Assembly (NCBI GenBank): GCA_009914755.4
Contig: CP068257.2
Span: 13,376,001 to 13,440,000 of the forward strand
Direction: 5' to 3'
From: the human T2T-CHM13v2.0 reference genome, Homo sapiens
DNA: 64,000 bases
Below are positions 12,462 to 26,917 of this stretch, one piece after another; the stretch's first letter is position 1, and each line of letters opens with the position of its first letter. Below the pieces are notes generated by a model. It was given only the letters and a program-made list of their open reading frames with translations, ran no database searches and was not told where the DNA came from. The position numbers and the translations under genes were made by a program.

Positions 12462-14727
12462 TTAACGTAGGCTTAATTCCTATATGGTAATTCTCAAATA
12501 ACTCTATGAATTTATTTCCATTTTACAGATGAGAACACTGAGCCTTAGGGAGGTAAGGTGATTTGCCCACAGTCAACAATAGTAAGTAAGTGGCAGAGTT
12601 GGGGTTCATACCTAGATTATCTGGTCTTGTTCAAAACCACCACATCACAGCCTGTGTCAACTTCAATCCATTTACCCATAAACACTACTTTGGCTGAAAT
12701 GCAGTTTCTTAAAGATTTTAAGTAGCCTCAAGTATACTTCTATACTGTAATGGTGACTTTCAACATGGAATGTAAGTTTTAAAACAATTATCGAGTGGGT
12801 TATTGTCAGTTATCATTATTAACTTTATTAATTAGACACTAGTAAATACCTGTTACAATACTGCTAAGACATACATTATTTCACTTAATCATTAATTGTA
12901 AAATAGATACTATCCAATTTTACAGATGAGGCTGAGAAGTTTGGTGACTTTCTCAGTTAAGGGGTAAATCTGGGATTCAAACTCAAGTCAGTGTGTTTCA
13001 CAGTAAGGCATTCCACAATCACTCCCCAGTAAACCTCAACAGTGTGAGATCAATTGCCTTGGTCACCTGGTCTCCTGATCATTTCATGAAAAATTAACCA
13101 TCTGTTTACAAATCATTCATCAAATTTCTTGTTCCTGGAGCTATGCTAAAGACACAAATATAATTACAAGTCCTTGCTGGACCCCACTAGACTCTTTAAA
13201 TAAAAATATGTTCCTAGGGTCATCTAGATTCTGGCAATTTCTATTGCAAATTCACCAAATCCCTTGCTTTTGTTACTACCACAGGATAAACACCCTGAAT
13301 TTCCCTTACTGGAATAAAGCCTGTTAAAACTTTTTGCAGGAAAATCTCTAGGACTTTTTAGGTATCAAAAAGCTGAGGAAATGTTGGTACTTTAAAATAA
13401 ATCCTGACCCAGTAAGAACTGGCACTGAGCCTTTTATTTTCTTGCAGTCAGCAAAACTACAAACCTATAAAAATTCAAATAGTAGTTAAGGGGCATGCAT
13501 TTTGAAGTAGTTCCATATGTGGTGAGTCACTTCCAAACTCATGCTTTATACTGAAAACTTTTTTTAACCTGGATATGTAGGCAGAAATCACTTTTAAAAC
13601 CTATCACAGCCATACTATGAAACGAAAAGCAAGTCCATGTGGGAGTTTACTAATTGTTTCCCCTGAAAACTGTTTTCCTGGGGGGAAAAAATGAATATTA
13701 TTATTGACTCCTATGTACCACCTTGCTTTATAGTTCAAACAAATTCAGAAACTGTTTTTCCTAACCCAGTATTGATCTAGATATTTGCAAAAATGAAATG
13801 AAAGACAGGTTAATCATCCAACAAACATAATACACAAGTGTGTATGAGGAGAGGAGAGCTGGAGGAAGTGGAAAGAACTAGGTCAGTAGGTGGCAGATGT
13901 TAAGTGGTTCAAACTTGAAAGGAATCCTAAAAGCATGGACCGAGGTTTGTGGAAACTCTTAAAAGTAAATGAACATAAAAAATAAAAAATAAAAATAAAA
14001 ATGTGTGGAAGAAAGGTTCTAATTAGAAGGACATGGTGATTAAGTAAAACAGTGATCATCCAAAAACCTATTTTCTTTGTTTTGAAAAATACATTAGAAT
14101 TAACAATATTGTCCATAACACATTATCTTTCTATAGCATTACACTGATGCACTTTATGTATTTCCTCATTTATTCTGCATAATATTCTTATGATGTAAGA
14201 TGTATCCTCATCTTACAGATCAAAAAACTGAAGCTCAGGTTAACTGATTTACTAAGAGTATATGTGAAGATGCAGGGCTCAAATATAAATCTTAGGATTC
14301 TAAAGCCATCATTTTCCATACTATTCTATTTAACTGTGGCTGTGACAGTAGCTGCTCTTAATGCCTACTCAAGAGGTAAAAGAGAAATATACCCTTTGTT
14401 TTAAATTTTTTTAAAAAAATAACAATTACCTCTGCTTTTTCTGAAGAGAAAACAGGAATCCTTATATCTCAAATAAATGTTTTCTTTTAAAATACAAGTT
14501 TACAAGGTAATAAGTAGTATTCATGTGATAAGTTTATCAGAAACAAGTCTAAATGCCTGAGCCAATTTAAATAGTTCACATTTATTCATTTCATACAATG
14601 TTGCTATAAAAATAAAGTCTGTATAATTCTCATTTTACATTAAAGTAACCAAGATGAAGAGAGGTTATACTAATAAAAGGTTTAAAACTAAGAAAATAGC
14701 TTTCTGTGGTCACCAGACTAAGTTTAA

Positions 14728-15023
<296 letters not shown>

Positions 15024-18000
15024 GATGTATATGACTTTCTAACAAATACTGTAATGATGCTATTCATCCTTAATAGAAATCCATGGGAGTATTTAAATAA
15101 TACAATAATGTTAACGATTTCTTATTTTCTGAAATTACTGCGAAAATGGCAAATTAGCAGTAACTCAGTAGAGGAGTATCACTATTAATACAAACTGCAT
15201 GCCCATGTTTTTAAAACACTTACAAAAGTAACTTTAATAACACTCCTTGTGAGGTTATATCCATTTCTATGACAATAAACAGGCTGTCTTTCAGAATTTT
15301 TGTTTGTGATATGAATAAAGCCAGAAGATCAATATTTTTTTAACCTACACTGGAAAAAAATGCTGAATATTTTCTAAACTTTATGCCCTAGATAATAAAG
15401 GGCTGTGTATACTGCCCACATAATCTAGATGGCCAATAAAGTTAACTTCCCAAACCTATTCAGTTGCCAAAAGGGTATCCCAATTGCACATCATATTTTG
15501 TTACAGTAAAGAAGATTGAGAAACTATAATCATTTCCTCCTCCCAAATTCAGTTTCTGCTACTACTCCGTGTCACCAACATCTCAGCATTTAAATACATA
15601 AAACCACAGTCAGCCCAAATGTTCAGGGTCTATGTATGATTACAGAATTCATCTTTGCTTATGCTGCTGATTCTATGAAACTCATTTCCTCCTTTAACCT
15701 TTTACCATTTCTTTCTGTGAACTAAATTTACACCCACTACCCAGATATACATGATCTTCAGATTTTGGGGGTTTTTTTGGAGGGGGGGATATCTCTGAAA
15801 GTCAAACTTATTTCATTCTTAGATACTGTTCTTAGCACGAGAACCATGCCCTAATCAAATAAAAAAAAAAGTCACTATCCCCAATTCAGTCCCATTTAGA
15901 ATCTCCACTAGCCAGGCAGGCTACTTAGCAATATTTAAAAAATACTCTTAAGAAATAGAATTGAAAAGGTTGGGTTTATCTTGAAGAAATTTAGGGAAAT
16001 CTGTGAAATGATTCTTTTTTAAAAATATACTTTACCCCAATGTGAATTAAATATGAAAAACTAAGGATAAATTTTGGGAAGTTAACAAAACTTTTATCTT
16101 TGAAATTGTTACATTCTAAGCAGGTAATTTATTACTTTCACCAAAAGCGTTTGTACTTTCCCTCTTGATGAACAGCAAAGAATATTAAGTCTATAGTAAC
16201 TTATAAGGAAATAATAAGCAAAATTTAAGCAAAATAATAAGCAAAATTTGTTTAGCTAACATATTAAATAAATTTTGCTTATTCAGGTAAGGAACATTAA
16301 AAGAGCATTCTACATATCACAGTAAGTTAAGTCAAAGAAATGTACATATTCAACAAAATAAAGTCTGAGTACTGTCATAATTACCCATATCACACTTTGC
16401 AACCTGTAAATTTCTAACACACATGATATCATTTCAAGTCTTCATACAAAGCACATGAAAAAACTGTTGCACAAATGTAAGTAACTTGCGTAATATAACA
16501 AAGATGAACTTTTATCTTTTTTGATCGTTTCTAAGCTTTAAAATTATATCAGGACACACTCTGGAGTTGTGTTTCACCAATACTTTGATTTATCACCCTA
16601 TATGTGGGAGGCATCAAGTTGAGTGCTTTGTAAGTCACAAATTTATAAAAGATACAACCCCCTCCATCTAGAAGTTTATAATTTTGCTGCAGCGATGAAT
16701 GAAACGCTATGAAAAATAAAGGCAGTGTGAATGGCATTCATCAACCACTAGGAGAAAGTAGATGGGAGCACATGTTCCCTTCTGTCCGAGTGATCATACA
16801 AATCACAGGATGGATGGCCTTTTGGTAAAAGAAAACTAGTAGGGTTCAAAAGACATCTGAGCTGAAGATAGCAAAAATAATGTGGCAGAATAAGAAATGT
16901 GCAATTAACATGCTTAAGGAAGGGGCAAACCAAATATTTGATCATGAGATATGCAAGGAACCAGGTAGAAATAGGACTTGTCTTATCTTGTGAGCAAAGG
17001 TCTTTGTTCAGGGTAATAATAATTTTCTGCAGAAAGTTTTACTTTGCTGTGTAGAATGTATTGGGTAATAAAAACTAAAAGGCAAAAGACCAAATAGAAA
17101 GTTACTGCAGTAACTATCTAATAACTATCTAATAATCAGAACGTAATAAAGCCTGAATTTGGAAAATGGCAGTGGAAAGACAAAGAAACCAAAACTCATA
17201 ATTCTTCCTGTTCCAATGAAAATGATTATTGACATAGTCATAATTAGGGTTGACTGCAATCAAATGTTAAATATGTAAAGGTGTAATATAAAACCAAGAA
17301 CCTGCCAACAGACTTTCAGGAAAGACTTTGATCACATTTATCATCTCATATTTATCCTACAATGTAACAAACATTATAATGTCCCCTTTGAATGTATTCT
17401 AGGGTACCATATACCATAACTTGGTATGTCTTTAATTAAATTTTTGTACTATTTTAAAAACATTTATTGTAGTTGACCTAAAAATAAAACTTTGAGAACT
17501 ACAATTAGATACCACCTGTATAAAATGAAAGCCAAACTATACTTCTCTTTCCAAAGAGGAAATTTGGAAAAATTACTTTCCAAAACCTTTTGAGCTCTGC
17601 CTGATCTATACTAAGATACCAAAATATAATGTATGTCTCCTATATTTTACAGAAACAGAAGAAATCTTTTATAAATGTACTTCTCAGACTGATTACCAAC
17701 ATAATTTTATTATCCAAATGAAAAAAACACATATTTATACCTATAAGAAAAATTACCTGACCATAATAATAAACCCTATTTTTTGAAAACTTCATATTTA
17801 CATATTACCTTTCAAAGGGATGTGTATGTCAGTTTGATGAAAAAAACTACTTTCAAATTATTCAAATCATCCAAATGTATTCTTATGCTTATAACTTACA
17901 ATTTTTGTTTTCATTTCCTTTAAATATTCCCTGCCCCAGAAAACCTATAAAGGCAAATTTTCAGAAATAAAAAAAAATGTGTATCTTCTCCATGCATTCA

Positions 18001-19249
18001 ATAAATAACTAGTCTATAAACAGGTATGTCCTCCTTCTAGATGCTCAGCCTCAGACTAGCTTCTTCAGATTTATTAGTAACGAACGCAACAGAAATTCTT
18101 GCCTTCAGGGAGTCCCAATTTTAGAAAGATTAAACAATAAATAAACTATACTTTAAAAAGAAACACAAATTTCATTGTATTTTTAAAGGTGTTAAGTGCT
18201 TGGAAAAAGAGAACAGCATAAAGGAGAGAGGAAAAAGAGGAGGCTTCCGTTTTGAATTGTGTGGTCACCAGGGTGGGCTTCACTGAGAAGACGCCTTTTC
18301 AGCTAATGCAAGGACTTTAGTTTTATACCAAGTGAGGTGAAGGCTTTTAAGCAGAGAAATGATTTTCTTTTCTTACTACCCAATAAGAATTGAGTGTCAA
18401 CAAGAGTACCAATTTCATTTAAGAGTGTGGAGGTAGTATTATCAAAAATGTGTTGGGGGTAGGGCTATAAAACAACCACTGTATCCCAGATCTGGGAACC
18501 AAAACAAGCACTAAAGTGTGATTATGCCGTTTATTTCTCAAAGGGCTATTCCCTCCACAATAAGTTTCCATATTGACTGTTCTCACAGGTCAATAGTCCC
18601 TTATCCACATTCCCAATTTTGAATACCAAGAAGCTTTAAAACCCAATTTGGTGGCAAAATCAAACCCACATTAATGTGAGATGGTTTATAGTCTTGATTT
18701 ATCCCATTTGGCAAAAATAAACATGAAGAAACATTAACCCTCAAAATTTAGGTAACCTTTAAATATCCTAAGTAATGAGAAGTCATAGGCACATCTATAT
18801 GTACACATACAAACTATCTGTAAACTTCCCTATTTTATTAAATATGGTGGAGTTACAGCATACAGCAATTTATCACATTCAATTAAGCCAGCCATGCTTT
18901 TGAAAAAAGAAAAACACACTTCCCCTAAAAGTAAAATTCTACCTAGTATAATAGAAGCTGGAATAAGATGGAAGATATGAATCTACTGTTACAGATTTTG
19001 ATTTTTTAGTTTAAAGATATGTATCTGTCATTCAACATGCCCCCTAAACACTGGCTAATTGATTTATCTGATGTTCAACCAAAGAAAATGCTACTTATTC
19101 CAAAATAGAAGGAAAAATAGGCTGTTTGAAACTTACTGAAAGATGGTACTTCAGCATTTGACATGGCACCTTTCTACTGGATTTTTAAGGGTAATTTTAA
19201 CTAGTCATGAACTTGACTAAAGCACTGTCTTTTAAAAACCCAAAATGTA

Positions 19250-19600
19250 ACTCTATAGCTGTGCTGTCTAATACAGCAATCACTAGACACATGTGGCTAC
19301 TGTGCACTTGAAAGATGACTAGTCAGAATTCAGAGAGCTGTGCGTCAAAACACACACCAGCTTTCAAAAATTCAGTACAGATTTACATTATTTTTCAATG
19401 CAAAATATCTCATAATTTTATATTGATTATTCATTGAAAGGATAACATTTTGCAGATACTGGGTTAAATCAAATATATTATTAATTTCACCAGTTACTTT
19501 TAACCATAGCTACTAGAAACTTTAACATTTAAAATTTAAACTTACATAATGTAGCTCACATTATACTTCTAGTGAACAGCACTGCTCTATAGGAAAGACC
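19250..19600. mobile_element. Non-autonomous DNA transposon (MITE-like) with terminal inverted repeats and a CACATGTGGCT core
   Basis: Ends ctatagctgtgctgtctaatacagcaatcactagacacatgtggctac ... gtagctcacattatacttctagtgaacagcactgctctatagg are inverted complements. The same family recurs at 47810-48190. The exact family name is not resolved. Confidence 0.45.
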
Positions 19601-21651
19601 TAGAAAAAGATTAATTTTTCAAATACTTATATGCTAGAATGAATAATATCAATTTTAATCACCAGAATAATAAAAACACAAAGGTCACAAGAAACGCTTG
19701 TCAGGAATGCTGAAATAAGTGTTTTGTGACTCAAAAGTATCTATTACTTTAAATATTCAAAGAGGTGTCCAAATATTCAACTAATAAAAAAAGCCTTCAA
19801 TACATGTTATGCCTGATTTGCTTCAAAATCCACTTTCAGTATTTCAATCATACGATCATAAGTACATAGAGGAGGATATTGTGTCCTAGTTTCATTCACT
19901 AGGGTTAGAACAAACCCAGGTTTTGTGAGCCAAATACATATTATAATGGAATCAGAAAATAGGTAACTTATTTTTTAATAGATGGGAAAATTTAAATAAC
20001 TCCTAAGAAACAACTTTAGAGTTTACATTAAGTCAAAGAAAAATAAGTCTCTCTAATTATAAAACCTACCATTAACAAAAGACACACTGATTGACATTTC
20101 CTAAATATTCTTAAAAGCACTGTAAGTACCTATTACTCTAAACACATGCACATCCCACCACCCAGCAGTTCCACTCCCATGCTTACACTGTACTCATGAG
20201 AAATGAAGGCTTATTTCTACCAAAAGACCCAAAAAAGTTCACAGCAGCCTTATTTGCAGACACAAACTCGAAAGAAAACTAAATGTCCACTTACAGTGGA
20301 ATGGATAAATGGTGGTATAATCATAGAATAGAACATAGACAATTTAGGGGGAAAAAACAAATAACATACACAACATGGATGACTCTTACAGACATAATGT
20401 TGATAAAAAAAGACACTGATGAGTTCATACGACATGGTTCCAACTTTATATAGTTTAAAACAGGCAAAACTAATCTATAGTAAAAGACGCCAAAGACTAT
20501 TCCTGTTAGGTAGAGGCAGGATCGATTAGAAAATACACAAATTACAATAAGCCTTCTGGAGTAGGGTGCTAGTTACTCAGACTATACTTACATAAACAAC
20601 AATCAAGCTAGCAAATAAGGGTGTCTATTTGATTACATGAAGTTACACTTCAGGAGGTTTTGTATAAAAATAAGAAACTTCTTCTTAAAAGGACCTTATG
20701 CATTATGATTTCTTTTCAAAATAATTACTTAAAACTAATTCCTATCTTGAATATACATGGGAATTTGTCGATTTAATCCTTCAGCTAAACTTTCAATTTC
20801 TTTGCAGTTTCTTTTTAATAAGAATAACTATCAACTCTATTGAAACATACCTTTAATTTTGAGATATGATAACCTTTCATGAATTGATAATTCATATTAG
20901 CATTAAAATTATAACTTCCATCTTTATAGCTAAGTGTGAATGTTTATACGAAATATTTATAATAGTTCATTCTCATCTTTAATTTGAAAAGATAACTCTG
21001 AATTCCATAAAATCCAGTTTCTGATCATATAATTTATTTTACTGATAAAGTATATTTTAAATTTAATTTTTTGGGTTCATTTACAAGTTCTTTCACAGAC
21101 CTAATTTGCTTATTTACATTTCTTATTTGCTTTTGCCTTTCCCCCGTAACCGACAAAAAGAGGAAGAATATGCTGGTTTGCCAATAAATAATAATCTTAA
21201 ACACAGAGTTTCCATTTTAAAAGTTCAATGCAGCATGCTGGGGAGACTTATTAAAAGACTGTATTCAACCAACCCTAGAAATTCACACTGCTTGACAGTG
21301 ATTAAGAAAATCGGTAAAAACCAATTTTTGTATTATTTCATATGAATAAAAATCATGAATATTCAGCTAATAAAGTTACATCTGTATTATAGTAAAAGAA
21401 GGTGGCCAATTCACTATAATCTTAACAAATACATTATTTTATTGCATGTATTTATGCATCCTTCCTTCATCTGTTTCTATCCCAAGCAAGACAGCTGGCA
21501 AAAGTTTTTGAGAAGGAAAACACAAGATACAGAGGAGGTATAAGGTCGAATATTAAGAAGGATGCCTTGGATATAGATCAAGAAGACTATGTTCACCACT
21601 GACATTAGTCAAATTGGCTGGCATATCCATATGTGATCTATGAGGTATGCT

Positions 21652-21995
21652 ATGGCCTGAATGTTGTGTCTCCCCAAAATTCATAAATTGAAACCATATT
21701 TGCAATGTGAGGGTAATTTGGAGGTGGGGCCTTTGGTGAGTGATTAGATCATGAGGGCAATGCCCTCATGAACAGGATTAGTACCCTTATAAAAGAGGTC
21801 CCAATAATTCTCTGGCCACCTCCACCCATGTGAGGTTACAGTGAGAAGTCAGCCATCTATGAGGAACAGGCCCTTACTAAACATTAAATCTGCTGGCACC
21901 TTGGTCTTGGACTTCCCAGCCTCCAGAACTGTGAGAAATAAACCTCTATGGTGTATAAGCCTCCCATCTATGGTATTTGTTACAGCAGCTCAAAT
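21652..21995 (+). mobile_element. MaLR solo LTR (MLT1/MST-type)
   Basis: tggcctgaatgttgtgtctccccaaaattcataaattgaaaccatatttgcaatgtgagggtaatttggaggtggggcctttggtgagtgattagatcatgagggcaatgccctcatgaacaggattagtacccttataaaagaggt...ccatgtgagg...ggacttcccagcctccagaactgtgagaaataaacctctatggtgtataagcctcccatctatggtatttgttacagcagc is the canonical MaLR LTR architecture. Confidence 0.8.
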
Positions 21996-22930
21996 GGACT
22001 AAGATAAGGTACAAAAGACAAAGCACAAAGTGAGTAAGTTTCTCAACAGATGATTTTAACATAACCTTCCTTCCTAGTAATATGTCACATGTCCTGACAC
22101 TCTGGGCCTACAAGCAGATAAATTATTATGCTATACCAATCTATCCACAAATGATAATGCAAAGAGAGAATTTCGCAAATGGATGTTCGGAGGCAAAACC
22201 AGGTGGCCTGGCTGAGTCTGTCCACGGACTCTGATGACAGACTGATCCAAATGCAGATGGCAGCTGATCCCTACACTAGAAGGTAGAGCTGTCACAGGCA
22301 GGAAGACTTTTAAGACTGCCTGAATGTTTCAGGTATACTTCACACTGTCTTAGATAAAAAGGAACTTTATGTATCTCATTTTCAAATCAAGACATTCTTT
22401 AAAATAGTTCTATAGTAGTAAAGTAAAATGTAAATACCTCAGTGTTTAAAATAGGTAAAACTGGTTTACTCTAAACCAGACGTTTTATTCGCTTACACAA
22501 AATTTTGATTTACCAAAATTGAAATATAACCTTCTTTGTGACAAATGGCAAGGTAGTTTATCCATATCTAAAAGTTAAAGAAAAATAACAAAATGTGGCA
22601 TAACAGTCTTACTTTTCTACAATTGGAAAGGCTTGATAACATTTTTAAAAGTGGGGCAATGAGACAAAAGACAATACCTTCTGGCTGTGTTTCTCCCAAA
22701 TGTTAAAATAATGAGTCCTGAGAACAGTTCTGAAATAGCTCACAATCCAAACACTTCCTGAAAATTAAGAGAAATAAGTGTTACTTCAAGTGCACCTTAT
22801 CTCAAAGATTTGTTTTACAATGGAATTTTAACTACTAACTAAATCATCTCAAAAAACAACAAAAAAGATGTATTACAAGGTAAAAAAAAGTATTCATATT
22901 CTTCATGATACATGCTTTCTTTGGACATAG

Positions 22931-23350
<420 letters not shown>

Positions 23351-23984
23351 TGATGTAAAAAGTTAATGTCAAAGATAAAGAGGAATTTCAGTCAAGGATT
23401 CTGGGAGAAAAAGTATTAGAATTATTTAACAGTCATTGCAGAGTTTGAAACACCTCATTTCTTTTCTGTACCACTAGGAACAGAAAATGTTAAACTCAGA
23501 ATTAGAACCATACTAGATATAGAATGACACTGACGTGGAAAAGTTCATACTTTCAGGAACAAAAGAGTGGATCAAAGTTTTTGGCCAGCAAGAGATGTAG
23601 CAAACAATTTAACATTGTGGTGGCTGAGGAAACTTTATTTTGGTCAACAGGCCAATGGACAGTGAAGCTAGCGGTGATAAGGGAGGTACCATGCGAACTC
23701 CCTGATACCACCATAGCAGCATTCCATTTCTATCAGCCACGCCACTTAGATCTGACTTATACTTCTAGAACTCTCAATTCCTAGCCTATAACCTATGATC
23801 AGTTCTCACAGATTATAGCTTTGAATAAAAATACATCTGTAAACCTGAATTCTAACCTCCCAAAATAAAGTAGCTATTTTTCATTTTCATTTCATTTTAC
23901 TGGGGGCCCTTCAGTCTCCTTAAAACCACTTAAAGATAACAAATTGCTTAAAGTAATACTTCCCCAAAATCCAGCTCTTCACCA

Positions 23985-24110
23985 CTATACCTGTAGGTCA
24001 CTTAGTCTGTATCTTGCTTATTGTTATTCTCCCTGTGTCTGTGAGCCTTCAATACCCAGCATGGTGCAAGGTATACAGCTGGTACTCAGTAAATGTCTGA
24101 TAAATGACAT
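23985..24110 (+). mobile_element. MIR/L2-type 3' tail fragment
   Basis: ...cagcatggtgcaaggtatacagctggtactcagtaaatgtctgataaatga compares to the MIR tail ...cagtgcctggcacatagtaagcgctcaataaatgttagct. Confidence 0.45.
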
Positions 24111-24709
24111 CAATTAATCACAGAGCCTTAATCAATTAATATGCCAGGCTTAAGTAAAAATATAAAAGAGAAGACGGTAGTTTTATATGGACCAACTACA
24201 ATGAAAAATATATGCCTTTAATTACTACACACACATGCACATTCTCTCTCTCATCCACTCATTCACTGTCAGTTCTTCATCAGTAAGACTCCTCCAGTAT
24301 CTTATTTCAATGCTCTCCTAATCCCCCCGGCCCAGACAATCAGCCTGGTTGGGTGGTAGGTGTCCATTCTACCCAGATGAGTTGGGACTCTAGTGTCGCT
24401 GTCTGACGTCCTATACCAACCAGCATGGTACTCAGGCATTATTAATACAAGTCTCTAAGCACATAAAGGCATACCTCAGAGATATAGTGGGTTCCATTCC
24501 AGATCACTAAAATAAAGCAAATATCACAATAAAGCAAGTCACACAAGTTTTTTGGTTTCCTAGTGCACATAAAAGTTATGTTTACACTGTACTATAGTCT
24601 ATTAAGTGTGCAAAAGCTTTATGTCGAAACAATGTACATACCTTAGTATAAAAATACTTTATTGCTAAAAATGCTAACAATCATGTGAATCTTTAGAGAG
24701 TTTTACTCT

Positions 24710-25009
24710 TCAGTGGTGGGCACCTTGCCTCCATATTGATGGCTGCCAAATGATCAGGCTTGTGGTTGCTGAAGGTTGGGGTCTCTGTAATGATTTCTTA
24801 AAACAAGACAACAATGAAGTTTGCCACATCGGCTGATTCTTCCTTTCACAGAATAATTCTCTGTAGCATGTAATGCTGTTTGATAGCATTTTACCCACAG
24901 TAGAATATCTTTCTAGATGGGAGTCAATCCTCTCAAACCCTGCCACTGTTTTATCAATTATGTTTACATGATATTCTAAATCCTTCGTTGTTATTTCAAC
25001 AATGTTCAC
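24710..25009 (-). pseudogene. Degenerate Tigger1 (pogo-like) transposase C-terminal remnant
   Basis: The 99-aa [60 protein letters not shown]...[22 protein letters not shown] lies inside Tigger1 on the strand where its transposase is encoded. It resembles the Tigger transposase C-terminal region as I remember it. The rest of the reading frame is broken. Confidence 0.55.
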
Positions 25010-26219
25010 AGTATCTTCAATCAGGAGTAGATTCCATCTCTAGTAACTACTTTCTTTGCTCATCTATAAGGAGTAACTCCTCATCCGTCCATGTTTTCTC
25101 ATGAGATTATACAAATTCAGTCACATCTTCAGGCTCCACTTCTAATTCTAGTTTTCTTGCAATTTCCACCACATCTGCAGTTACTTCCTCCACTGATGTC
25201 TTCAACCCGCCAAAGTTATCCATAAGGGGTGGAAGCAGCTTCTTTCAAACTCCTATTAATGTTAGTATTTTGACCTCCTCCCATTAATCACAAATGTTCT
25301 CAATGGCATCTAGAATGGTGAATCCTTTTCAGAAGGTTTACAATTGCCTTTGCCCAGATCCATCAGAGGAATCACTATCTATGGCAACTACAGCTTCACA
25401 AGATGTATTTCTTCAATAGTAAGACTTGAAAGTTGAAATTACTCCTTGATCCACAGGCTACAGAATAGATGTTGTATTAGCAGCCATGAAAATTAACATT
25501 AACTTCCTTGTACATCTCCATCAGAGCTCTTGAGTGACCAGGTGCGTGGTCAATAAACAGTAATATTTCGATAGGAATCTTTTTTTTCTGAGCAGTTGGT
25601 CTCAAGAGGGGGCCTAAAATATTCAGCAAACCATGCTGTAAACAGATGTTCTGTCATCCAGGCTTCTTCTTCCATTTATACAGCATAGGTAGAAGAGATT
25701 TAGTATAATTCTTAAGGGGCTTAGGATTTTTGGAATGGCCAAACATTGGTTTCCACTTCAAGTCACCAGCTGTATTATCCACTAACAAGAAAGTCAGTTT
25801 GTCCTTTGAGGTTCTGAGGCCAGGCATTGGTTTCTCCTCTCTAGCTATTAAAGTCCTAGATGGCATATTCATCCAACAGAAGGCTGTTTCATTTACACTG
25901 AAAATCTGCTGTTTAATGTAGCCATCTTCATCAATGATCTTACCTAGATCTTCTGGAAGCTTGCTGTAGCTTCTACATCAGCATTACCTGCTTCATCGTG
26001 CACTTTTATGTTATCCAGGCAGCTTCTATCCTTAAACTTCATGAACAAACCTCTGCTAGCTTCCAACTTTTCTTCTGCAGTTTCTTCATCTCCTCTCGGC
26101 CTTTGTGGAATTAGAGTGAGGCGCTGCTCTGGATTAGGTTTTGGCTTAAGGGAATGTTATGGCTGCTTTGATTTTCTAGGCAGACTACTAAAATATTCTC
26201 CATATTAGCAATAAGGCTG

Positions 26220-26917
<698 letters not shown>

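Noticed and set aside
24710-25009. 99-aa minus-strand ORF as a cellular gene
   Set aside because: It sits inside Tigger1 on the transposase-coding strand and resembles the pogo-like transposase tail. It is a dead transposase fragment, annotated as a pseudogene or remnant, not a host gene.
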